A stretch of DNA of 63,466 nt, taken from IMG/VR virus record IMGVR_UViG_3300030060_007512, positions 1 through 63,466 of that record, one strand, 5' to 3'. Position 1 is the first letter of the stretch. Each line of letters begins with the position of its first letter. Below, in pieces: positions 48,986 to 59,400 of this stretch. The position numbers were made by a program, and so were the translations under genes. Source of the DNA: a virus (lineage: Duplodnaviria; Caudoviricetes). Below the pieces are notes generated by a model, which made no database searches, had not been told where the DNA came from, and was given only the letters and a program-made list of their open reading frames with translations.

Positions 48986-50758
48986 ATGGCAGAAAAAATA
49001 GTTAGCCCGGGCGTCTTTACCAGAGAAAATGATCTATCGTTTTTACCCGCTGGTATTGGAGAAATTGGTGCAGCAATAGTAGGTCCTACTGTAAAAGGAC
49101 CTGTACTTGTACCAACATTAGTTTCTACATACGCAGAATACGTTGATAAATTTGGTGATACTTTCCAATCTGGAAGTGATTACTATCAATACTTAACATC
49201 TCATACAGCAGAAAGATATTTGCAGTTTGGTGGTGCATTAACAGTTGTTAGAATAGCAGGAGATAGTTTTTCTGTAGCTACTGCTAGTGTTAATACTTCA
49301 TCTGCAGCAACAACAGCTGGAAGTAAATCATTTACTTTACATACACTATCTCATGGAGCAACACTAAACAGTGTAGATTCAGCTGGTGCAGTGACAGAAG
49401 GAGCAAATAATCTTTTACCTAATGGTACTAAAGATAATTTAAGATATGAGATAACTGGTAAAAATAATGAAACTGGTACCTTTAATGTTAATATTAGAAG
49501 AGGTAATGATACATCGAACAACAAAGTAATTGTTGAACAATTTAATGGTGTTAACTTGGATCCTAATACAAGTAATTATATCGGTAAAGCGATTGGTGAT
49601 TCATATTTCCAAATTCAAGGTACAGAATCTGATCCTTATATTCAAGCAGTTGGTGATTATGAAAATAAATCTACCTTAGTAAGAGTTGAAGTTCATAAAC
49701 AAACTGTAAATTATTTAGATGAAAATGGTGCTGTTAGAGTACCTGCTGCATCTGCTTCTTTACCTGCTAACGGTTCAGGGTCTTTAGGTGGTGCATTCGG
49801 CGGTGGTGCTGATGGTAATACTGTTACAGGTGCTAGAAAATATTATGAGAATATTGATACTAATAACTCTCAAGGATATGATCTAAATGATCTATCTAAT
49901 GCTAATGGAGGTAGTGCTTATGCTAAAGGACTTCAGTTATTAGCTAACCAAGATTTTTATGATATTAATATGATATTAGTACCTGGTGCGAATCAAAATG
50001 AGCATGCTGCAGTTGTTAATAAAGCAATATCAGTAGCTGAGACTAGAGGTGATGCAATCGCAATTGTTGATCCAGTACCTCACAATACTACAACACTTTC
50101 GACTGTAACAGGTGAAGCTAACGATTATAATACAAGTTATGCAGCTATGTATTGGCCATGGGTCAAGATTGCTGATAATCAACTTGGATTGAATAGATGG
50201 GTACCGCCTTCAGTAGTAATGCCTGGTGTAATGTCGTTTAATGACTCAATTGCTGCAGAATGGTTTGCTCCTGCTGGATTAAACAGAGGTGGTATTAATG
50301 CTATTAGAGCAGAAAGAAACTTAACTCATACAGATAGAGATACTTTGTATGAAGGTAAAATAAATCCTATAGCAACTTTTCCTGGAGTAGGAGTATGTGC
50401 TTGGGGTCAAAAAACATTACAGAAAAAAGCTTCTGCATTAGATAGAATTAATGTAAGAAGACTATTAATTAATCTTAAGAAATTTATTGCTTCAACTTCT
50501 AGATTCCTAGTATTCGAAAACAATACTGTAGCTACTAGAAATAGATTCTTATCTTCAGTTGTTCCTTACATGGAAGAAGTTCAAGCTAACCAAGGACTCT
50601 TTGCTTTCAAAGTTGTAATGGATACTACAAACAATACACCTGATGTAATCGATAGAAATATCTTAAAAGGTGATATATTCTTACAACCAGCTAAAGCAGC
50701 AGAATTCATAGTAATAGACTTTAATGTCTTACCAACAGGTGCAACTTTTGGTGATTAA
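48986..50758 (+). CDS. Tail sheath protein (gp18-like)
   Basis: SPGVFTRENDLS, YWPW, WFAPAGLNRG, INPI, WGQKT, DRINVRRL, FE.N. Confidence 0.95.
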   Translation: MAEKIVSPGVFTRENDLSFLPAGIGEIGAAIVGPTVKGPVLVPTLVSTYAEYVDKFGDTFQSGSDYYQYLTSHTAERYLQFGGALTVVRIAGDSFSVATASVNTSSAATTAGSKSFTLHTLSHGATLNSVDSAGAVTEGANNLLPNGTKDNLRYEITGKNNETGTFNVNIRRGNDTSNNKVIVEQFNGVNLDPNTSNYIGKAIGDSYFQIQGTESDPYIQAVGDYENKSTLVRVEVHKQTVNYLDENGAVRVPAASASLPANGSGSLGGAFGGGADGNTVTGARKYYENIDTNNSQGYDLNDLSNANGGSAYAKGLQLLANQDFYDINMILVPGANQNEHAAVVNKAISVAETRGDAIAIVDPVPHNTTTLSTVTGEANDYNTSYAAMYWPWVKIADNQLGLNRWVPPSVVMPGVMSFNDSIAAEWFAPAGLNRGGINAIRAERNLTHTDRDTLYEGKINPIATFPGVGVCAWGQKTLQKKASALDRINVRRLLINLKKFIASTSRFLVFENNTVATRNRFLSSVVPYMEEVQANQGLFAFKVVMDTTNNTPDVIDRNILKGDIFLQPAKAAEFIVIDFNVLPTGATFGD

Positions 50759-50789
50759 TGATATTTATAATAAATAGAGGAGAATAACA

Positions 50790-51293
50790 ATGCCAGATTT
50801 CGAACAATTTAGCCCCGAATCATTCATGGCCGGACCTGAAGAATTATTTGTACCCAAGACAGCCAATAGGTTTGTTATGACAGTTGCAAACATTCCTTCG
50901 TTTCTAGTTAAAAAAGTAACTAGACCTGGAATAAGTTTCGGTGAGATTAAATTAGATCATATTAATACTTATAGAAAATTACAAGGTAAAGCAGATTGGC
51001 AAGATGTATCGATGACATTATACGATCCAATCATACCATCTGGTGCTACTTATGTAATAGACTGGGTAAGATTAGGATATCAATCAGCAACTGGGCTAGC
51101 TGGTTATCCATCAGAGTATAAAAAAGAAGTAACTGTAGAAGGATTAGATCCTGCAGGAAATATTTGTGAAAGATTCATATTGAAAGGTGCTTTCATATCA
51201 TCAGCTGAGTTTGGTGAATATGATTGGGCTAACGATCAACCATTAGAGATTTCAGTAACAATGAAATACGATTGGGCACTTTGGGATCTATAA
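50790..51293 (+). CDS. Tail tube protein (gp19-like)
   Basis: Follows sheath; NRF, RP, W, YKK, LKGAF...EYDW, MKYD. Confidence 0.85.
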   Translation: MPDFEQFSPESFMAGPEELFVPKTANRFVMTVANIPSFLVKKVTRPGISFGEIKLDHINTYRKLQGKADWQDVSMTLYDPIIPSGATYVIDWVRLGYQSATGLAGYPSEYKKEVTVEGLDPAGNICERFILKGAFISSAEFGEYDWANDQPLEISVTMKYDWALWDL

Positions 51294-51304
51294 GGAGATA
51301 AGAT

Positions 51305-51508
51305 ATGGCAGCACGTACACAAGCTAATACTAAAGTTAAAACGTTTCTAGTAGATGTAACAGCTACAGTCGATTCAGGTAGTGCTGGATTAGCTAAAGAT
51401 GTTAATGATTATATATTAACTCTTGATGATACATTAACTGTACATACTACTATGGCTACTGCTGGATATGGCAATAAAGTAATTTTTACTGTAACTGCTG
51501 AAAAATAA
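51305..51508 (+). CDS. Small hypothetical protein
   Basis: 67 aa; AAGGAG SD; upstream of a terminator. Confidence 0.55.
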   Translation: MAARTQANTKVKTFLVDVTATVDSGSAGLAKDVNDYILTLDDTLTVHTTMATAGYGNKVIFTVTAEK

Positions 51509-51529
51509 TATCGCTACTCAAAAATAAAG

Positions 51530-51558
51530 AAAGTCCTAGAAATCCTAGGACTTTTTTT
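51530..51558 (+). terminator. Rho-independent terminator
   Basis: aaagtcctag-aaatc-ctaggacttt plus T tract. Confidence 0.88.
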
Positions 51559-51603
51559 GTTGGTGTATATTTATTATAGAACAATATAAATAGGAGTTAT
51601 AGA

Positions 51604-52449
51604 ATGGCACAAAAGTTAACAGACGCTCAAATAAAAGCAAAAATTATTGCAAACGCTCAATCAGAAAGTAAATCAAAAAATGATAATGATTCATTATTTC
51701 CAACAGAAATAGTACCATTACCATCTAAAGGATTAGTATATCCACTTGATCATCCTTTATCTTCAGGTGAAGTAGAAATACGCTATATGACCGCTAAAGA
51801 TGAAGATATACTTACAAATCCTAACTACCTTAAACGTGGACTAGCATTAGATAAATTATATGAAGCTATTGTTGTAGGTAATGGTAAAGGTCAGCCAGTA
51901 AATATGAATGAAATGATTATGGGTGATAGAAGTGCTGTAATGTTAGCTGCAAGGCTCCTTGGTTATGGAAGTGATTACGATATTACTGTAACACATCCTG
52001 ACACTGGTAAAGAAATACCTCATACAGTAGATTTGAATATACTTAAACCTAAAGATATTGACGAGTCATTATATAAAAATTCAAGAGAATTTGAATATGA
52101 GTTGCCTGTAAGTAAAAAGGTTGTAGTATTTAAGCTACAAACAATTGTAGAGCAAAAGTCGATCGAAAAAGCTATCAGATCTCAAGAAAAAGCAGGTATT
52201 CCTTTAAGAAATCAAACAACTACATTAAAAGAATGTATTGTAAGTATTGACGGTAATGATGATCCTAAATTTATTAATAGCTTTGTAGATAACTATTTAC
52301 TTGCTAAAGATTCATTACATTTAAGGAAGTTTATGCTAGATATTAACCCTGATTTTGATTTAACAGTTGTTATTGATATTCCAACTGAAGATTTTTATCA
52401 GGAAATGGCTCTGCCAATTGACACCTCCTTTTTTTGGCCTAGGCTCTGA
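51604..52449 (+). CDS. Baseplate hub/tail assembly chaperone (gp26-like)
   Basis: LPSKG..Y, RYMTAKDEDIL, GDR, ELPVSK, ends FFWP; lies between tube and tape measure. Confidence 0.75.
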   Translation: MAQKLTDAQIKAKIIANAQSESKSKNDNDSLFPTEIVPLPSKGLVYPLDHPLSSGEVEIRYMTAKDEDILTNPNYLKRGLALDKLYEAIVVGNGKGQPVNMNEMIMGDRSAVMLAARLLGYGSDYDITVTHPDTGKEIPHTVDLNILKPKDIDESLYKNSREFEYELPVSKKVVVFKLQTIVEQKSIEKAIRSQEKAGIPLRNQTTTLKECIVSIDGNDDPKFINSFVDNYLLAKDSLHLRKFMLDINPDFDLTVVIDIPTEDFYQEMALPIDTSFFWPRL

Positions 52450-52666
52450 TTACAGGGCCGTTCTGCACCAAACGTTGTTTTATATACTAGACAACGGACC
52501 AGGCTTCTCGTGGTCTGAACTATATACTATGCCTATAGATCTGCGTAGATTCTATCAGAAACTCGTAGTTAAAAAAGTAAAAGAGCGAAATGAAATTATA
52601 GAAGCTCAAAATAAAAAAGTAAAATCTATTAAGGGTAACCTACCGAATATTCCACGTAAAAAGTAA
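52430..52666 (+). CDS. Frameshift extension of the tail assembly chaperone (gp51/GT-like)
   Basis: +1-frame ORF with no usable start; FSWSELYTMPIDLRRFY motif; entered at the T7 run 52429-52435. Confidence 0.65.
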   Translation, partial: FFGLGSDYRAVLHQTLFYILDNGPGFSWSELYTMPIDLRRFYQKLVVKKVKERNEIIEAQNKKVKSIKGNLPNIPRKK

Positions 52667-52714
52667 ATAGTTTGATATTTATAATATATAAAACCATACA
52701 TATGGAGAGATATT

Positions 52715-52912
52715 ATGAGTAAACAAAATTTACGAGAAGGATTTCTTGATACAGCGTTGAAAGGCGTATTAGGTGTCTATTTCGGTGGCAAGCTTATCGA
52801 TAGACTTGCACGTAAACAAGCAATGAAAGACCCTAAAGTAAAAGCAAGGGTTGCAGATCTAAAAAAAGCTATAGCTGATTTCGATGCAGTTGTAGCTAAA
52901 TACGAAAAGTAA
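52715..52912 (+). CDS. Small hypothetical protein
   Basis: 65 aa; ATATTTATA motif and GGAG SD upstream; MSKQNLREG. Confidence 0.55.
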   Translation: MSKQNLREGFLDTALKGVLGVYFGGKLIDRLARKQAMKDPKVKARVADLKKAIADFDAVVAKYEK

Positions 52913-52918
52913 TAGTAT

Positions 52919-54739
52919 ATGAGTTCAGAGAAAGAGTTAAATATTCTTAAAAAACAGGTAGAGATGGCCAGTCAAAAACAGGCCTTGGAAGAAAAATACC
53001 TGGAAGTCTTAAGACAGAAGAACGATCAAAGCCAAGAGTACCTCAATCAAGAGGCTAAAGTCAAGGCTATGAACGAAGCTAATCTTAAGATTAAAGAAAA
53101 AGAATTAAGCCTCGAGGTTGAACTTTCTGATAAGATAGAAGAAAAAGCTAGCCGTATGAAAAAGCTAGCTGCAGTAGGTACAGCATTTGTAGCTACACTC
53201 GATAAAATGCAAGATCTTATTAAACGTGGTAGTGATAATACTAGAAGTACTGCGGATGCTATGGGCGTTAATGTTAATGAAGCTAGAAAGCTAAATACTG
53301 AAATTTTAGCACAAATGAAAGGATCTAACAAGTATAATACTAACTTGAAAGATTCTGTAGCAACCATGAGTGCATTAAATGACGCATATGGAGGAGCTAT
53401 GAAATTTACTGCTGAACAAGCTGTAAATCTAGATGTTGCTTCTAAAAAATTAGGTATATCTTCAAGTGAAGCTGCTAATTTTAGTAAATTAATGTTTGAA
53501 ACTTCAGGCGCTACACTAGAAACATCAACTAACTTAATGGCAGGTATTAAATCTTTATCAGATGCATCAGGTGTTAAGTTTTCTAGTGTAATGAAAGATA
53601 TAGCTGCTTCTGGTGCAGAGATGGCAAGAACGTTTGGTATGTCAGGTGATGAAATTGGAATCATGGCTGTTGCAGCTCGTAGATTAGGATTCGAGTTAAA
53701 CGATGTAGTTAACATGAATAAGTCTTTACTTGATGTAGAAGGTAGTATTGAAAAGCAAATGATTGCTAATGTGATGACCGGTAAAAATATGAATCTAGAT
53801 AAAGCTAGAGCATTGGCTATCGAAGGTGATCATGAAGCAATGTTAAAAGAAGTTGTTAAGCAAGCAGGTGATCTTGATGGATTAAACTCATTGCAAATAC
53901 AAGCACTTAATGAAGCATTAGGTGTTGATATATTGAAATTAAAAAATGCTAAAGAGCTGGAAAAAACACGTCAAGAAGATGCTAAAAAAGCTCAAGAAAT
54001 TGCAGATACAGAAGCATTAATTAGAGAGGGTAAAATAGCAGAATTTGGGTTACAGTTAGAGCGTGATGCAGCTGCTGCTACCGGTGAAGAACGTAGAATG
54101 AATTTTGAAAATAATATGCTTGATATGGCAGCTCAACAATTAGAAAACTCTGAGCATGCTAATAATTTAGCAATGATATTTCAAGGTATACAGATGGTGA
54201 TTCAAGGACTTATGGTTGCACAATCTATTGCTGCTATGGTTAAAGCTCAAAACGAAAAGAAAGCTGCAGCTGCTTCTGCCGCTCAATTGCCTAAATTAGG
54301 TGCTGAAGTTGGATTACGAACTGCGAGTGCAACTGCTGCATTAACAACTAACGCTGCTGCTACATTTGGTTTAGGTACTGTGATTGCAATGGCTGCTGTA
54401 GCATTAGGAGTTGGTGCATTACTAGGATATATGATGACATCTCCAAGTCCTGCGCCTGCTACTGTTCCAACTGGTGACCTTGGTATTGATCCTAACGGTG
54501 GACCAATAGTAATGTCACCTCAAGAAGGGGGTATTTTCCAAGGAACGAAGAATGATGGTGTTTCAATGAGCCCTAGTCATGGAACAAAAGGGGGTGGAAA
54601 CGGTAGTATGAATCTTAAGCCATTATTAGATAAAATGGATCAACTCATAGCTGCTGTTCAAAAAGGTAGAGTATTAAGTGTTGACGGTTACCAACTTAAC
54701 GAAGCTATTCATTTAGAAAAAGCGCCGATGGGATTATAA
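52919..54739 (+). CDS. Tape measure protein
   Basis: Helical, Ala-rich, hydrophobic segments near the C-terminus; follows the chaperone. Confidence 0.75.
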   Translation: MSSEKELNILKKQVEMASQKQALEEKYLEVLRQKNDQSQEYLNQEAKVKAMNEANLKIKEKELSLEVELSDKIEEKASRMKKLAAVGTAFVATLDKMQDLIKRGSDNTRSTADAMGVNVNEARKLNTEILAQMKGSNKYNTNLKDSVATMSALNDAYGGAMKFTAEQAVNLDVASKKLGISSSEAANFSKLMFETSGATLETSTNLMAGIKSLSDASGVKFSSVMKDIAASGAEMARTFGMSGDEIGIMAVAARRLGFELNDVVNMNKSLLDVEGSIEKQMIANVMTGKNMNLDKARALAIEGDHEAMLKEVVKQAGDLDGLNSLQIQALNEALGVDILKLKNAKELEKTRQEDAKKAQEIADTEALIREGKIAEFGLQLERDAAAATGEERRMNFENNMLDMAAQQLENSEHANNLAMIFQGIQMVIQGLMVAQSIAAMVKAQNEKKAAAASAAQLPKLGAEVGLRTASATAALTTNAAATFGLGTVIAMAAVALGVGALLGYMMTSPSPAPATVPTGDLGIDPNGGPIVMSPQEGGIFQGTKNDGVSMSPSHGTKGGGNGSMNLKPLLDKMDQLIAAVQKGRVLSVDGYQLNEAIHLEKAPMGL

Positions 54740-54740
54740 T

Positions 54741-56096
54741 ATGGGAATACTACAACCAGGTTCAAATCAAAAAAAGTCTATGAGAAGATATTATGATCAG
54801 CTCAAAAAAGATAGATATGGTGGTAAGCCAAGAAATTACTTACCTTCGCAAACTAATGTACAGCAACAAGCTTTTGCTGGACGATATACAGGTTTAAGAA
54901 GACAAGGTAGAGGTGCTCTTATATTAGGTGGATTATATCTTTTAGGTTCATTTAGATCTATAGAACCAAGATTATTTACAGCAGGTAAATATCTTGTAGC
55001 TCCTGTTATTAACACAACAGTAGCTGGTAAAGCTCTTAAAACTGCTACGAATGCTTTAAGAACTGCTCAACAGTTAGGTGTTTTACCAACTGAACTTACA
55101 AATACATACGCTGATATACCAGTTAACTTTGATCCAAAAAAGCCATTTGAAAGAATTACATCTATTTTCAAAGATAAAGGATTACAATCTAAAGATGTAA
55201 GAAAACGTTATGGACTATTATATGGAGATGATAGATCACATGATTCGCGTTTACTTGATACTGCAACTGCTGGTGGTGTACCTGATTTAATACCTATTTT
55301 ATTCAAAGGATTTGATGCTGCTGGTGATGAAGTAATGGTTCCAATGAGAGGTATGATAGCTGGATTATCAGATACAGTAACACCAACTTGGAATGAAACA
55401 ATGTATGTAGGAAGACCTCAAGGTGTTGTTTCATATGGAGGATTTACTAGAGAAATTGCTTTTGATTTAACAGTAGCTGCTGTTGCAGGTAAAGATTTAA
55501 GGCCAATGTGGAAAAGAATAAATAAACTAGCTGAATTTGTATTACCTCAATCAGATGGAGATAGTGGATTTAGATTTGCTGGTAGATTATGTAAAGTAAC
55601 AATAGGTAACTATCTTGATGATGAACTTTGTGCTATGACTTCAATGGCAATTACACCTAATGAAGAAATGATGTGGGAAATAGAGGATCCTGAAATACAT
55701 CACGATTCGATTACTTTAACACCACCTATTGGAGCGCAATTAAGAGAAGCGGTGCAACGTAAAATAAATAAAGGAAGAGAGAAGAAGGTACAAGCACTAG
55801 AAAAAGCAAATGCTTCAGAAGAAGAAGTACAAAAAGTAAAATCTAAAATAAAAAAGTTTCCTAAAACGCGTAAAGAAAGAAGAAAGCTTGATGCAAAAGG
55901 AGAAGGTAATGGTTATACAAGATTTGTTATGCCTAGAGTTTGTACAATATCTATAGGACTAAAAGTATTACATAATAGAGTTCCAGGAGCAGATGATAAT
56001 AACGGTGGATTATTTAATGTTAATGAATCAGCGGGATTAAAAAAGCCAACTGAAACACCAGGAAATCCTGAAACTAACTTAAATGTATTTGGGTAA
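54741..56096 (+). CDS. Baseplate/tail tube initiator-like protein
   Basis: LSDTVTPTWNETMYVGRP....YGGFTREIAFDL, VTIGNY; position after tape measure. Confidence 0.55.
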   Translation: MGILQPGSNQKKSMRRYYDQLKKDRYGGKPRNYLPSQTNVQQQAFAGRYTGLRRQGRGALILGGLYLLGSFRSIEPRLFTAGKYLVAPVINTTVAGKALKTATNALRTAQQLGVLPTELTNTYADIPVNFDPKKPFERITSIFKDKGLQSKDVRKRYGLLYGDDRSHDSRLLDTATAGGVPDLIPILFKGFDAAGDEVMVPMRGMIAGLSDTVTPTWNETMYVGRPQGVVSYGGFTREIAFDLTVAAVAGKDLRPMWKRINKLAEFVLPQSDGDSGFRFAGRLCKVTIGNYLDDELCAMTSMAITPNEEMMWEIEDPEIHHDSITLTPPIGAQLREAVQRKINKGREKKVQALEKANASEEEVQKVKSKIKKFPKTRKERRKLDAKGEGNGYTRFVMPRVCTISIGLKVLHNRVPGADDNNGGLFNVNESAGLKKPTETPGNPETNLNVFG

Positions 56097-56113
56097 TATA
56101 TAGGAGTTATTAA

Positions 56114-56413
56114 ATGAGATATAAAGCTAATAGTTTATTAAAAAAGGAAAGAAGTAAGCCTATACAATCTACATATGTATTAGGTAAAATACCTTTCTCA
56201 CCTAATGATCGATATGTTGAAGTTACTACAACTGATAGATTAGATCTTATTGCTCATAAATATTATGGCAATAGAGATTTTTGGTGGATTATTGCTGACG
56301 CAAATGGTATAGGTAAAGGAACACTTAATATTGATGATGGTAAAATATTACGCTTACCAGCTGATCCTCAAGGAATAACTACTTCTAATAAGAATAATAC
56401 TTCGGGATACTAA
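56114..56413 (+). CDS. LysM-type baseplate wedge protein (gp53/gpX-like)
   Basis: DRLDLIAHKYYG..DFWWIIADAN...LRLP. Confidence 0.8.
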   Translation: MRYKANSLLKKERSKPIQSTYVLGKIPFSPNDRYVEVTTTDRLDLIAHKYYGNRDFWWIIADANGIGKGTLNIDDGKILRLPADPQGITTSNKNNTSGY

Positions 56414-56414
56414 T

Positions 56415-59400
56415 ATGTCAGGGTTCAGAGGAATATTTCTTGATGCTATGCACCCGTTAATAGTAAGACGGTTAGATGCTGATACTAATGCTTTAACTTT
56501 TAGAGGCCCTAATCAAGCAATGACTGATCTTGATCAAACAGCTGCTTTTAGATACTTTCAAGAGAGAACACCGTGGATAAGAGTTTGTCCATTTGCGATA
56601 CCACAAACAACTTTTTTAGCTAATCCTAATGTATCAATATATAATATTCCTGAAGTCCCTGATTGGAGAGATTGGATAATCTGGGGTGGTAAAGGTATAA
56701 ATCACGGCGGTGGGTATCAAACGGTTGAAGGTGGAGAAGCTGGAACTGATTCAAGCGTTTCAGGTGACGCAGGTGGTAGGCAATGGGTAGCAGGTAGACC
56801 TTATGGTAGTGCAGCTGATTGGAAAGCAAATAATTTTAATGAAGATATTGGTGTTCGTCATAGTGCCGGTAATGTTGCAGGTATTGGTAATTCCGGACAT
56901 TCTTTATATAGATCAACAGCACAAGGTTGGAGAGGGCAAGATGTACTTGGGATGAAATCAAGTCCAGTGCCCGGTATTTTAGCATTAAATGTAAGTAATA
57001 AAGGTGACTTAGGAACTATTAGAAGAGCTTCTTTCGATATAAAAGTTTTTAATACTGATGATCTAGAAGCTATAGAAATGATGTATATGATTCCTGGTAT
57101 ATCTGTACTTGTAGAATGGGGATGGTTTCATCCTACAAAATATATTGATCCTATAAATGTTGAACTAATAACAGATGGTAGTACTTTAAGTAATACTAAT
57201 CTTATTAATACTGAAATATTAAGAAAGTCATATGGTATTACTAAAGGACTCCCAGGCGATGCAAGACCTTTATATAATTTAGAAGAGCAAGCAAACGCGG
57301 TAATAACTGACCCAACTGGACCTGATGCAGGTATTTACGATGGACTATTAGGTGTAGTAACCAAATTTAATTGGACTAATGATGGTGCTGGTGGATATGA
57401 TTGTAGAGTTGATGTTGTATCACCTGGCTCATTAGCGACCGGTATTCCTACTGTAAGTTTTGATTGTGGTGGTGAAATGGAGGTTGAAGGTAAAAAAATC
57501 CAAGTTTCAGATGTAAGAACTATAGTTTCTTTAATTAAAAAAGAAAGTAGAGCTATTGAAGCTGCTCCTGCTGAAGATAATGCTTCTAAACAATCAAAGA
57601 ATAATATAGGTAAAATTGAACTTGGTGATCCAGCTGGTGAACAAGATGTAGCAATAGATGGTGGTGGTGAATCAGGGGTAACAGTTAAAGTAAATCCTAA
57701 AAAATTAAATACCAGTGCTTATAATATTAAAATTACTAAAGATCAAAACGGTGATTTACAATTTGAAGAATCAACAGGTAGTTCTTCTAAAGAAGAATAT
57801 TTTATAGGAGAGTTCAAAGGAGGAAAACGTCAAAAAACAACATTAATTAAAGGTGATAGAACTTGGTGGAATAAATGTGTTGCATATTGTATGTATGCTG
57901 ATGATATAAGGAAAGCTGGAATTAATGTAACAGACGCAAGAAACGGTATAGTAGATATGTCAAAAATTACTAGACCTAATGGTGGAAAACCTGATTTAGA
58001 TTATTTAGAAGATAGATTCCAAAATAGTAAGGTAAGTGATTTTTTATGGTCTGGTGGTGCAAACGATAATGGTATGGCTAATATGGAGTTGAAATGGGGA
58101 GACCAACTTCGTGATGGTGATTTTTTTATAAAAAGAGATCCTAAACCAAGTAAAAAAGGTTCTACTTTAGGAAAACATTATACTATTTGGATAATAACAT
58201 TTAGTGGTATAGTTGATCATACAACATCAGGTAACAACCTTTACTTAAATTATAGAAATTGGTTTAATCCATGGGGCGTTAAAAAATTAATACCTAAAAT
58301 GGAAGATCCTGGACAGGAAGATATACCTTTAGGTCAACGTACTGTTAAAGCTTCTTCAGAAGATATAAAAGGGTATATGTCTAAAGATGCTGCAGCTAAA
58401 AAATATGGATGGAAAACTACAGATGATGGTAAAACATATGTTGATGAAACCGGTCAAAAGGTTGATTGGGGAGAATATGGACCGTATGCAGTTGAACAAC
58501 AGACAGGTATAACAGTATATACTAAAGATGATAATGGTAATTATAAAGAGGTTGCATCTTTTGAAGGTGATAATGCAAAATCAGATGAACAGTTAGTAGC
58601 TGATCTAGTTGCTAAAGCTAAAGGTATTGATAATCAAAAAGCAGATGATAGAGAAAATGAATTAAATGAAAATATGAAAGTTGATGCTGAGATAACAAAT
58701 ACAGCTCAAAATTTAGGAATGCTTTCTTGGGTTAACAGTGATGATTTCAAATCAGGTAAAAAACCTGTAAGGTTAAGTGGAAGTGGTAAATTTCATAAAG
58801 TAATTTATGCAAACAATCAACCTGTACATGCACCTAAAATTGGTGGTCTTGATAGTAAAGTAAGAGAAAATGTAACCGAAGAATTAGGTTATGATTTTGT
58901 AATGGGTAAGACAGCTAACTTATTACCTGTAGGTTCTGTAGTTTATGGTAATACATATGTAACGTGGAGGTTTATAGAAGATTATATTATAAACGAATTA
59001 TATATGCCTAAAGCAGTTAAGCCTGGACAAAACGAAGAAAATGATAATAACACAACTCTTGATACTTTATTTAGATCTTGTACAAGAATGACTGATAATG
59101 AAAAAGCGACTTTAGATCCTGATGTTGCTAAATTAGTTGGTGTCGAGTTTGATGATGACGGATTACTTACACCTCAATCAAGGAATAGAGAAGTTTGGAA
59201 GCCTGTACATATAGTCAACCACTCAGGATTAAGATCGCTAGACCCAACTGTTTGTTATATTCCAGGTCAAGAAACTTTAGATGCTATGATTATTACTGCA
59301 GAAGGTTCAGGTGGTGCAAGTGGAGGTGAACATTTATTAGATGCGGGCCTATCAGGAGCTTCTAAATATCTAAAAGGAGAAGATTGTTTTAATAAATTTA

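Noticed and set aside
51585-51592. Canonical T4 late promoter TATAAATA on the + strand
   Set aside because: Only one intergenic copy noticed, abutting the SD and next to the commoner ATATTTATT motif; probably chance
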